From Octopus sinensis (lineage: Eukaryota), in the NCBI RefSeq assembly GCF_006345805.1, contig NC_043003.1, positions 21,142,001 to 21,206,000 on the forward strand: a DNA stretch of 64,000 nucleotides, given 5' to 3'. Position numbers and translations under genes: made by a program. How positions within the stretch are numbered: the first letter of the stretch is position 1; each line of letters begins with the position of its first letter. This document shows, piece after piece, positions 11,426-24,069 of the stretch. Under the pieces are notes generated by a model. It saw nothing but the letters and a program-made list of their open reading frames with translations. It did not search any database and was not told the DNA's origin.

Positions 11426-11539
11426 CTTGTATTGATAAGCATGAAGAACATCAATGGCTTTTAATGAACGGTCTTTGAGTCGTCTCTGAAGTTGGACAAT
11501 GTCTAATGATAGAATTTTATTTCTCATTTCTTCAGTAAG
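11426..11539 (-). CDS. FAAH: FAAH-like coding exon 2
   Basis: 114 bp; acceptor atatttttcag, donor gttatt. Encodes LTEEMRNKILSLDIVQLQRRLKDRSLKAIDVLHAYQYK, a typical amidase N-terminal helix. Confidence 0.9.
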
Positions 11540-12472
11540 CTGAAAAATATAAAGAATTGGGTTGAAAAATACCTTGTATGAAAAGGAATAAAAAGTATTT
11601 TAATATTTTATTCCTGGATTTACAAGTTTGAATTTGACTTTATGAAAGGATAATAAAACAAGGGAAACAGAACCAGTGTGTGTTTTTTATTATCAGCATA
11701 ATTAGTCTCCAGAGGTACAACTTCCTTAAAGTTAGAAAAACTGGCTGCAACTGAGAAGGAACACAGAACCATGAGAACAAGAAGTCGGAAGAGAAAGAAA
11801 CATAGTGTGAACGGTAGAAGTGGAAGGAACAAATACAAGAATTCTCTTTAAAAATTTCAACAAGTTTTTGCTTTACAATGGTAAATAAAAGAAGTCTGAT
11901 AGGGCATAAGGGTGTGAGAGAAAATTCAGAAAAACATGCTTTAGAAAACCCAAATGCTCATACAAATTCCAATATTCAATATATTTCCCAGAAACAGGAA
12001 ATAATGATTTTAAATTTTGCATCAAGACCAGTCATTTTGGTAGTGGAGTAAGTTTATCACATCAATCCCTGTGTTCAACTGGTACTTATTTTATTGATAC
12101 TGAAAAGATGTAAGGCAAAGTTGACCTTGGCAAAGTTTGAACTCAGAATAAGAAGACAGACAAAATGCCTCTAAGCATTTTTCCCAGCATGCTAACCATT
12201 CTGCCAGCTCACCACTGGCAGGATTCAACCAGCTCACTGTCTTGACACAGAAACAGACAATAAAAAAGTTCAAATGTCCAATGAATTTTACAATAAGCAC
12301 ACATGACTGAAGGTTCAGTAGCAATGAGATATATTCACAATTAGATATGATGAAGTTTTGAAAGAGTAAGAAAAAGAAAAACAAGATAGATTTTTATAAG
12401 AATTCCTGTTATGGTGCATAAAGAAGGATTCTTCATAACTGACTTTGCTGGTGAGAGCTTGAACTGTTTTAA

Positions 12473-12692
12473 TCCTTTAGCATTCAGATTATTCTGTCAA
12501 ATATAACGTCTATTTATTTACATTGTTTTGAATTAATCAGGCATTATTTTGTAACCTTGAGATTTCAATGATGCGATTGTTTATGTTCAAAATGACATTG
12601 TAGGGTAGGTGTGAGATGTCAGATCTGGCTGGTTTGAACATAAAGCAAGTAAAATGTTTTGGATGAATATGGCCTGTTTAAATGCTAATGGG
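12473..12692. mobile_element. piggyBac-like MITE with TTAA target-site duplication
   Basis: ttaa|tcctttagcatt ... aatgctaatggg|ttaa: short TIRs (consensus CCCTTTAGCATT), flanked by TTAA on both sides. Confidence 0.75.
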
Positions 12693-13499
12693 TTAAACTG
12701 AAATTTCTTTGTGTACATTGATGTCTAATACATAGGTTCAAGTTCTGATTGGTTACTGAATGTACAAAACGACAGACATCCAAGAATTATGAAAAACCTA
12801 GAAAACCCATTGATACGCTTAACCCTTTTCTTTATGTAACACACAATCCAAGAAACATGGAAGCATACAATACCATCCATCAGAATACAAACCCTTTTGA
12901 GGAAAGACCTGTGAATGAAAAACACATTTGAAACACGCAGAGTTATTAAAAGTATAAGACAACGTATGCTTCTAAAATCCACTTACTAGTACCAAGAATT
13001 CAATTCCAGCAGTCAAAATCTCAATGTATCAGAAATATTTCAGCACAATTTCGATTAACTTAGGAAAATATGTTTATTAAAAAATATCAACCACAACTAA
13101 ATACTCAATAACAACACACTAGAATGAGAAAATTCAATTTATTCACAAGAATAACTAGAAACAATAGAAATAAAATAAAAGTTAAAGTAACAGTCCTCTT
13201 CTGGGATTTGAAACCCTAACTCCAAACTACTGTACAGTTAAACATTGCACTTTCTCAGAACTAGTAGCTAATGTCACCAAAGGCTTTACCAATTAGATTT
13301 TTTACTAATTCAGCTGACCAAGACAAGTGACTTCCTCAGGGAATCAGTCAACCAGAACTGTGGATGATTGTCAGACAAAAAGAAGTTACCATGACCTTTG
13401 ACAATCAAAGGGTGATCAAAACAGTTGGTAAACAGTGACTTCAGCAGGACATATACATAGATGCATATATACATATGTACACACAAACATGTGCACGCA

Positions 13500-13540
<41 letters not shown>

Positions 13541-13601
13541 TATGCGTCTATATCTATATATCTCTTGCTATCTCCCCCCTCTCTCTCTCTCCCTATATAT
13601 G

Positions 13602-13636
<35 letters not shown>

Positions 13637-13908
13637 AATGTGTGTATGTGCGTGTGTAAATTGCTTTTTTTCTTTTCCTGGCAACTGATTCTTGAAGAAT
13701 ATATAAAGCCATAGATCAAAGCATGTAAACATTAGGTTGAAAATTCCTTTTGAATAGAAAAAAGCCTTCACCTTTAAACTAGCAACTAATAGGCTATTTT
13801 AACTGCCATACGGCGACAAAAGCTAATTTAATAAATTTGTTAAAAAAAATACAACACTACAATTTGTTTTAAGACTCAGGTGCATTTTCAACTTCCAAAA
13901 CCAACTCT

Positions 13909-13941
<33 letters not shown>

Positions 13942-14758
13942 TCATCATCATCATCATTATTATTATTAAAGCTGCAAAATCATCACAAAAATATCACCAA
14001 AAACTGCCACTCAGAGTTTCAAATTTTCCTGTTCATCAAGTAATGATTGCTTTACACTTATGTTCTTACTCTTTTATTCTTTTATTCTTTTACTCATTTC
14101 AGTCATTTGACCGTGGCCATGCTGGAGTACCACATTAAAGGGTTTTACTTGAAGAAATTGATCCCAAGACTTAGTCTTTGTAAGCCAAGTACTTATTCTA
14201 ACTACTATGTTACAGGGACATAAACATATCAACATGAGTTGTCAAGCGATGGTGGGGAGACAAAGATGGACACACACACACATAGAAATATATGTGATAT
14301 GCTTCTTTCAGTTTCCATCCACCAAACCCATTCACAAGGCTTTGGTTGGCCTGAGGCTATAGGAGAAGACATTTGCCCAAGGTGCCACACAGTGGGACTG
14401 AACCCAGAACCATGTGGCTGGGAGGCAAGCTTCACACATGATGGGCTTCTTTCAGTTTCCTATTAGTTTTACTCATAAGGCTTTGGTCAGCTTGTAGCTA
14501 TAGTCAAAGATATTTGCCCAAAATGCTGTGCTACTTATTTACAGTCAATTGAATTTAGTCACTGAATGCTGCATTCACCTCCAGTAAGAATGACACAGCA
14601 TACTGATAGCAAAGGAATGAATACAAATCTGATATGTGACTTATATAAAAATGAAAAACTGGCTATCAGTTGTTTGTCAAGTGGAGCCAACACCAAACCA
14701 GGCTAATTAGTTGAGAATCAGAAAAAGAAAAACTAATGAGAAAAATAAGAATAAACCA

Positions 14759-15158
14759 GGTGCAGTCATGGCTGTGTGGTAAGAAGCTTGCTACCCAACC
14801 ACATGGTTCTGGGTTCAGTCCCACTGCATGGCACCTTGGGCAAGTGTCTTCTACTATAGCCTCAGGCCAACCAAAGCCTTGTGAGTGGATTTGGTAGATG
14901 GAAACTGAAAGAAGCCCATCGTATATAAGTATATATATATGTATGTATGTGTTTATGTTTGTCCCCCCAACATCACTTGACAACCAACACTAGTGTGTTT
15001 ACGTCCCTGTAACTTAGTGGTTCAGCAAAACAAGACTGATAGAATAAGTACTAGGCTTCCAAAGAATAAGTCCTGGGGTCAATTTGCTTGACTAAAGGCA
15101 GTGCTCCAGCATGGCCGCAGTCAAATGACTGAAACAAGTAAAAGATAAAGATAAAGAT
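14759..15158 (+). mobile_element. Full-length tRNA-derived SINE, family A (head + internal TA/TG microsatellite + conserved body, aaaagat tail)
   Basis: Head ggctgtgtggtaagaagc...gggttcagtccc (A/B boxes), then microsatellite, then cttgacaacc...ctccagcatggccgcagtcaaatgactgaaac. There are many copies, e.g. 781-915(-), 7695-8060(+), 14085-14420(-), 35123-35500(+), 36718-37205(-), 37355-37720(+), 42010-42330(+), 48215-48615(-), 55465-55930(+) and 61640-62580(+). Confidence 0.85.
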
Positions 15159-15681
15159 GCCAACTGAAGGTCCAATATTTGTTGCAGTGTTTTGGCTTGT
15201 GTGTCCCATTGATTCTGACAGTTATGCCAGCAAAGTTCAAGGCCCTTGATTGGGCCTTACATACTGGACAGGGTCAAAGGATAGAGGTTATACTAATGTG
15301 GGTTTGTGTAGGGCCAAAAAAAAAAAGCCCAAAGAAGCATTAATGATAATTCAAAGCCAACAAGACTTGGGAGAGGAAGGCCTTCCCTCAGGAAATACCA
15401 TGCCACAAAATAAAAAAAGAGGAAGCTGCAAGGAAGACAAGGAAGAGCAGGGATTCAACTGGAGAGAAGCAGAGAAACTACCAAGAGTCAAGAACAATAA
15501 AGAAGAGTTGTCAGTGGCCTAAGCTCCATAGGAGGCAAAGAACTTAAGAGAGTGAAGAGAAGAGTGGCATGAGAGAGAGTGTGAAAGAGGGAGAGTGCAA
15601 GAGGGGGGATAGAGAAGTAGTGTGAGAGAGAGGGAAAGAGAAATGATGTGAGAAATTCAGAAACATATTTCAAATACTTAC

Positions 15682-15909
15682 ACTTGATTTCTGTAACCTT
15701 TCCTTTAAAGATTTTAGTTGTTCTGCACGTTTACTGCGGGCTTCCTCCATAGCTCTTTCAACTTTCATGCGCATGCGTTGTCTGTTGAGTAAACTGAACA
15801 GAAAGGTTGTACCTGACACCACCAGGATTGCAAAAAAGCCAGACTTAATGTAAGGAAACATGTCCTCGGTCAAATAGTGCTGACAGTATTTACGAAGTGT
15901 TTCTTCCAT
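15682..15909 (-). CDS. FAAH: FAAH-like first coding exon with N-terminal transmembrane anchor
   Basis: 228 bp from ATG to donor gtaagt; in-frame TGA 6 nt upstream of the ATG. The hydrophobic segment GFFAILVVSGTTFLFSLL followed by a basic stretch matches the FAAH N-terminal TM helix. Phase 0 joins exon 2. Confidence 0.85.
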
Positions 15910-16167
15910 CTTTCACTGAAAATGAAGCAACATTTTTAATCAGACACATGTGAAACTACCTGATGAGATTACTTTTTGCAAAATGTATTTCACACATCAT
16001 TTCTGAAATGACTAACACGTATAAAGGAATTTATATAATTGAAAATTTGTAATAAATACATATAAATATGTAAATTGAGAGACCATAGCTCCAGCAGAAT
16101 GGACACATGGGTAGAATGTCTCAGGGAAAGGATCACAGATCAGATTCTTCAACCCAAGCCAGATGGG

Positions 16168-16211
<44 letters not shown>

Positions 16212-16800
16212 GCAGAAAATTTTCTGGCATCTGTAATTCCGAACTTTTTCATATTTTGTTCGCCAAAGGCCCTTTAATAAACACAATCGTCGAAAGATCC
16301 TACAGGTGTTTACACTGGAAAATACACACCTTTCACTCAATAGTGACTAATATAGATAACCCCTCGATTTCCCAAAAAAATTTTTGCTATATTTCACCCC
16401 AATAGTCAAAAAGATTTTCTTATATTCCCAATTACTACTATCCATTCTTGCGTTGCCTCTCACCTCGCCCGATGCTTTCTCCCTTTCGCTATCTACTTTC
16501 CTTTCTCTACAGTAAACATAATCGAACACACAGACACAGACCTTTCACCTCACAGCTGTCAGTTTTCTGACATCTACCCATCCACAAACACAATCACGCA
16601 TTCAGACACACACATACACACATTAAGACAGTTATATACAGTCACACACACAGGCACTCATTCACAAAAGAAATCATTTAAACCCACCATTCTTTTGACC
16701 TGCATTCTCTCACCTTACTATTCTTATGCCTCCCTCCTCCTACTTCGTTTGAACTCTTGAACATTTAGAAACTTCTAGATTCTTCTACATTCAGCCACTC

Positions 16801-16820
16801 TGACGTCACTCATTATAAAG
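16801..16820 (+). promoter_or_regulatory. Palindromic CRE (TGACGTCA) followed by TATA-like TATAAA
   Basis: tgacgtca at 16801-16808 and tataaa at ~16815-16820, ~0.9 kb upstream of the FAAH ATG. Function is not demonstrated. Confidence 0.35.
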
Positions 16821-16898
16821 AGACACTCATTATCGCCATGGGCTCCTTGAGAGCGGTCAGCTAAAAGTTTTTGGTGCATTTTGATGTTGACATAAGTT

Positions 16899-16993
16899 CC
16901 TTGATTTTCCTGATGAGAAATCTGCATAATGTACTCCTTATTCCTTCGGAATTAGGAATATGCAGCCTTCAAAACATATGTCAAGAATAAAGG
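16899..16993 (+). ncRNA. Degenerate minimal type-I hammerhead ribozyme motif (Penelope-like pLTR type)
   Basis: Stem I ccttgattttc / aagaataaagg; core CTGATGA at 16910-16916; long stem II gaaatctgcata...tatgcagccttc; AAAAC in place of GAAAC; palindromic ACATATGT helix III; GTC cleavage triplet at 16980-16982. Confidence 0.65.
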
Positions 16994-17033
16994 ATATTTG
17001 CTAACTAGTCGTTCAACTCCATTCTTTCATATA

Positions 17034-17085
<52 letters not shown>

Positions 17086-18394
17086 CACATACACACATGC
17101 ATACATGTTCCTGTAACATAGCAATTCTCCAAAAGAGTAGAGTAAGTACAAGATTTAAAAAATAAGTATGCCATTGCAATTTTTTTGACCAAACCCTTGA
17201 AGATGGTACCCCAGCAAGGCTGCAGTCCAATAACTGAAACAGTTCTCATCCTCCTCATCATCATAGAATGTCCCCTTTTCCATGCTGGCATGGGCTGAAC
17301 AGTTTGACAGAATCTGACAAGCTGTAAGGCCTCGTCAAGCCCCAGTGTCAACTTTTGACATGGTTTCTATGGGTGGGTGTCCTTCTTAATGCCAAGCACA
17401 TTACCTACAGAGTGTACTGGGTACCTTTCTTTGTGTGACTGGTGCTAATGAGGTTACCAAGGTAAAAAACTAAGGAACAGGGAGAAGGAAAGAAAAAAGT
17501 GGGTGGGAGAGGAAAAATAAGAAAAGAAACACTTCTTTGACTATATGGGGGTTGGGTAGTATTAAGGAGGGGATAGGGTGATCGTTCTATGTCAGGTATT
17601 CTGATTGAAGAACAAGCCCAGGTGGTTTGTAACAGAGATATAAGACTGGGTAATTGGGAAACTGGAAAGAAGATGAAAGTGGTGGTGGGGTGTTGGAGTA
17701 TCTCAAGATACAGAGGATTGCAGGAGGTAGATAGAGGGAGGATGGATGTAGAGGTGGGTGTCGTGAGGGAAGGTGAGAGATATTGGTGTGGCTCAGGGAG
17801 CTATTTTAAGTGGGGTGTGATGTGAGGGGGAATCAAGAGTGATAACAGGTAAGAGAACTGTTAAGAATGGAGTATATCAGAGAAGAGCAATGGCTAACTC
17901 TCACCTTACTGACAGCACCTCCATGCATGGTTTGGGAAGCTAGAACAAGCCATTAAGCTATCTCAACCTTCCTCAGAAGCAGGGCCATTGCATGACTTTG
18001 AGAGGCACCCTGCAAATTTTGCTTCGAGGCCCCATCCCTTCAATCAAAATTCATAATCTACACGCCTTTATTATCTTCAAAAATCAAGCATAGTCCCTTA
18101 CATAGTCCCTTAAGCATAGTCTCTTACACATAAAAAAACTAAGGGTATTTCTTTTTTCTACCCCTCTGTACATAGATAGATATACACCCATACATACACA
18201 CACACACACAAACTTCTGGATGTGGGTGCAAGTGTGTGTGATCGTGCACACATTCACATGTGCACACCTTGTTCTTGGTACAGAAAGAATTTTGTCTCCA
18301 GTTTTTATTGCCTTAGTAGGTCAAAGCCCACTGTTCTGGGTACAAAGCGACTAGATTTTCAACAAAGTCAAATAACAATGCCAAATATAATATA

Positions 18395-18429
<35 letters not shown>

Positions 18430-18483
18430 GAATAGAGAAAGAGGGAGTGACAGAGAGACTAAGAGACGTGTGTTTAGTATACG

Positions 18484-18515
<32 letters not shown>

Positions 18516-18649
18516 ATCAACCTTGGTTGGGTATATGTATGATCATATCCATTTCAATCATGACCATTCTGTATTTTACTATATCATTGATGGGTGTGTC
18601 CTTTACTTTTAATGATAGTAAGATGTGATTAGGGATAGATTTAACTATT

Positions 18650-19047
18650 ACTTGCAGTATCGCCCGGCGTTGCTCAGGTTTGTAAGGGAAATAACTATAT
18701 AAGTATTTTTAGAGATGTAAAGTATAATAGCCATCTCAATATGGCTAACCACAAAGGGTGGGTGTTACTGTAGCTTTTTACGTTCTGAGATTTAATAATA
18801 AATTTTTAGAGAGTTACTTCCCTTATATATACCAAAAATGCATTAAAAATGGGAAAAATTTATGGTAATTTTTTTTTTAAATCGTAGACTCATCGTAGAC
18901 GCGTGCTAATACTCAGAAGGGCTCAATATGAATCACGACTATAAGATACCCGGTTTTGGTTAAACTGCACCGCAAAATGTGGGAGTAGTTAGGAATCTAA
19001 ATCATAGGAGACAGACAGCACACAACCTTACTTTTATATATAAAGAT
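18650..19047 (-). mobile_element. Non-autonomous Helitron-like element (Lep1-like architecture)
   Basis: Minus strand starts atctttatatataaaag and ends with a GC hairpin (cctgagcaacgccggg) followed by caagt (CTAGT variant). Related to 61819-62337. Confidence 0.7.
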
Positions 19048-20039
19048 ATCTCGTAGACTATCTTATTCAAATTGTTATCTATTATAATGATGATCTCCAA
19101 CAGAAATCTCATTATATCATTCATTTATAATGAGATTTTGATATTTAGGCAGTGTGTTACATATCCCAGTACCACAATATATGTATGTATGTATGGATGG
19201 ATGGATAGATGGATGGATGGATGGATGGATGCATGTATGTATGTATATATGTATGTATGCTTTGATGTATGTATGCATGCATGTATGTATATATGCATGT
19301 AGGTATGTGTATGTAAGTATGTATACATACATGTATGTATCAATTGTTTGAAGTGGTGTACAGATTTTATTTATTAAGAAAAAGAAGGTAGTCAAGATTT
19401 TAGATAAAAACTATTTATTTCATGCTTTCATCTGTTTTGGGAGATTCCTCATGAATGATATATTTATAGAAAATTCATACCTTTTATATATATATGTGAG
19501 TTAGTTGAAGCCAACTCACATATAAAAGGTATGAATATAGGCACAGGCATAACTGTATGGTGAGAAGTTTGCTTCCCAACATGTTTCCAGGTTCAATCCC
19601 ACTGCATGGCAACTTGGGCACATGTCTTCTTCAGTAGCCTCATGCCAATCAAAACCTTGTGAGTGGATTTGGTTGATGGAAACTGAAAGAAGCCTATTGT
19701 ATATAAATCATCATCATCATCTTCATCATCATCATTTGACGTCCATTCTCAATACTGGCATGGGTTGGACAGTTTGACAGGAGCTGGAGAGCTGCCTAGG
19801 TTCCATTTGTCTGTTTAGGCATAATTTCTACAACCAGATGCCCTTCCTAACACCAACCAATTAACAAGAGTGCACAGGACGCTCTTAATGTGACACCAGC
19901 ATAGTGCTTTTATGTGACATTAGCATGGACTCTTTTACATGGCACCAGCATACATACATACATACGTACATATATATATACACACACACATATATGTATA
20001 TATATATATTTATATATTATATATATATATATATATATA

Positions 20040-20850
<811 letters not shown>

Positions 20851-21323
20851 CCTATATATATATATATATATATATCAAATATATATATATATCCTTTCAT
20901 TTTAATGAAAGGATAAAATTTAAACACAAAAAGGAGGAGATGATATTTTACAGGTTAGGCACCTCTTACTGAATACAAATATGTCAAGAAACTTTATAGC
21001 CATAGCTATTCTTATCCAAATGTGTGTGTATGTGTGTCGGGAGTGTCTTTCTTTCTTTTTGTCCTTCATCAACATTTGACAACTAGTATTGACTTGTTTA
21101 TATCTACATAACTTAGCAGTTTGGCAAAAGTGACTAATAAAATAAGTATCAAACATGAAAAATAAGCACTGGGGGATCAATTGTTTGTCTAAAGCCTCCA
21201 AGGCAAACTCCAGTAAGGTCAAAGTCTAATGGGAGACACAAATAAAAGATAAAACAAAAAAAGGTAACACAGATACGTGTCTGTGTATTTCAGTGTGTGT
21301 GTGTGTGAGTGCATTTGCATGTA

Positions 21324-21359
<36 letters not shown>

Positions 21360-21365
21360 TGTATG

Positions 21366-21397
<32 letters not shown>

Positions 21398-22223
21398 TGT
21401 ATGTATGTGTGTATGTATGTATGTACGAGTGAGTGAATGTATTTATGCATACATACATACATAATACATATATACACACATACTTAAATATATATATATA
21501 CACATCCACATATGTACGGAGATACTTACATACATACATACATTCATATATAAAAGAGTGAAATTATGTTATCAAAAGTGTGCATTACTCACCAATTATT
21601 TATTTTTAAAAATGTATTGCAATCAGCTCGTGTCAGGTCACATGTGCAAGACAGACATGCGTTTTATTAAAACTCTAACTTGTAACTTAACAACACACAA
21701 AGGTTGATTTAGAAGATTCATCAGCAGGAGTAAAATAAATGTTAATAAATGCCTCGGTAAGAAATATAGATTAATGTACTTTTAAGCCTGCATAGTTATT
21801 TGTCAGGTTAAACTAGTGGCTGGATATTCATTTGATTATATCAAGCTGTCTTAAAGAGCGAAATGACCCAGACTGTGAAGTCATCCAAAGGTCTCTCAGT
21901 CATGCCTATTCATTGATTTTCATTTGATTACATAATGTTGTCATAAAGAATGAAATGATCAAGACAGGGAAGTCTTGCGATGGTGAATATCTCTCAGCAT
22001 CATACACCCATACACACACAAGTTCATGCACAATGTACACACACACATACAAACACCTGTGCACACCTGTACTCACCTGTACACACCTGCACACACACAC
22101 AAACACACACACACACACACATATATATGCACACACACAAACACATGCACACATACATATGCACACACACACACATACACACACATATATGCACACACAC
22201 ACACACATGCACACATACATATG

Positions 22224-22254
<31 letters not shown>

Positions 22255-22662
22255 TTTCTTTTACTCTTTTACTTGTTTCAGTCATTTGACTGTGGCCATG
22301 CTGGAGCACCGCCTTTAGTCGAGCAAATCGACCCCAGGACTTATTCTTTGTAAGCCTAGTACTTGTTCTATTGGTCTCTTTTGCTGAACCACTAAGTTAC
22401 TGGGATGTAAACACACCAGCATCAGTTATCAAGCAATGTTGGGGGGACAAACACATTCACACAAACACATACATCAAGAATTTTCAAAATAATTTTGCAT
22501 GGAATTAAGTTTTAAAATATAGAGACTTTGACATTCTGGAAAAGAATGGTTTTTCAGAATAATGGTCCCCACTCAATAGAAGTAAAAAAAAAAATGTAGA
22601 AACACATCATAAACTTTTGCCATTTCCCTCCACCCACAGTCAATCTAACATTTTAAAACTAA

Positions 22663-22856
22663 TGTGCAAGGGGGTGCTGAAAAGTTCCTGGCTTTGGGTA
22701 AAAGAAAAACCAGGAGGATCAGTTAATTATGATTTTATTCTGCATATTCCCTTCTCAGATTCACACACTTATTGCATCAACCCTTTAGTTTTTCTAAGCC
22801 CTGTAAAAGAACTCGGAAGGTTGGGCTTCCAACCAGGCATTTCGCGATACCCTTAA
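22663..22856 (+). mobile_element. mariner-type terminal fragment
   Basis: Terminus caagggggtgctgaaaagttcctggcttt matches tacgaggggggctgaaaagctcctggcttt at ~38423, a typical mariner TIR start after TA. Confidence 0.6.
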
Positions 22857-22869
22857 AGATTCATATATA

Positions 22870-23150
22870 TAGCCAGCCTCACCTGGCACCTGTGTCGGTG
22901 GCACATAAAAAACACCATCCGAGCGTGGCCGTCTGCCAGCCTCGTCTGGCACCTGTGTCGGTGGCACATAAATTCCCCACTACACTCTCGGAGTGGTTTG
23001 GCGTTAGGAAGGGCATCCAGCTGTAGAAACACTGCCAGATCCGACTGGCCTGGTGCAGCCTTCGGGTGCCAGACCCCAGTTGAACCGTCCAACCCATGCT
23101 AGCATGGGAAGCGGACGTTAAACGATGATGATGATGATGATGATGATGAT
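22870..23150 (+). mobile_element. RTE LINE 3'-UTR end (or RTE-tail SINE) with (GAT)n tail
   Basis: Tandem ~49-bp units containing ggtggcacataaa, then gagtggtttggcgttaggaagggcatcc...aaacgatgatgat. Other copies at 6893-7150(-), 8826-9020(+), 10240-10540(-), 10780-10950(+), 17260-17450(-), 19705-19950(-), 23215-23310(-), 37965-38320(-) and 55160-55440(+). Confidence 0.7.
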
Positions 23151-24069
23151 ATATATATATTATATATATATATATATACACACACACACATAAACATACA
23201 TATATATGCATATAACATCATCATCATCATCATTGTTTAACGTCCACCTTCCATGCTGGCATAGGTTGGATGGTTTGACTAAGGACTGGCAAGCTAGGAG
23301 GATGCAACAGGACAAGTAACATAAAGAACGACCCTTCATCAGTTGTTGGCTGTCTATCTACTCCTCGTTTTGAGCATTGAACAACAATATGAGTCTTTGA
23401 AGACAGTTGCTCTCATAAGTACCAAAATAAAATTTGGGATTTATGGACGGTCAAAGTTGGGAAAAAAACAGGACAGTGGAGACATATGAAGAAATCTAAT
23501 GAAAATAACACTGTGGACTGGGTGCTTTTATGTTGCACCTGCACTGACAGGGTCACCAAGTACTTGCAAGACAAAATCTTTTAAGAGGGGAGGTGGTATT
23601 GGAGGAGGTGATGATGAGTAAGTTATAGTGAGACAGATACAGGTGTCTTGCTGTAGAGGAAGTACAAGGTTACCCAGCTGAAGAGAGAAAGATCAGGAAT
23701 GAAGACAGAAACAGGTGTGCTACCATAAAGAAAATACATGGTTGCCCAACTTGAAGGAAGTGCAGAAAGAGAGTGGGAGACTGCAGGATTGAGGTGGTGG
23801 CAAAATGCTGGGCATACTCACAAGGAACAGGATCAGAGTATAAATGAGGAACAGAGTATAAATGAGGTGGTTGAGTAAAGGAAGAGAGAGTAGCAAGTGC
23901 CAGGACATATCCTCGAGGTTCAAATGCCATAATATAAGTGACTGGATATTGAGAAGGGAGTGTGATTAAAGAGTGCGAGTAAGTGGCGACAGACTTGGGT
24001 ATATATAGAGTTGGAGGGGCTACTGGATAGCAATGATACAGAAGAACATGGGTGTGAGGACAGGATTGG

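Noticed and set aside
14759-14830. tRNA-like A/B boxes in many repeats
   Set aside because: These are SINE heads without a complete cloverleaf or anticodon arm, so they are not called as tRNA genes.
15955-16020. Second CTGATGAG (potential hammerhead core)
   Set aside because: No closing stem II with GAAAC, and no helix III or stem I could be built.
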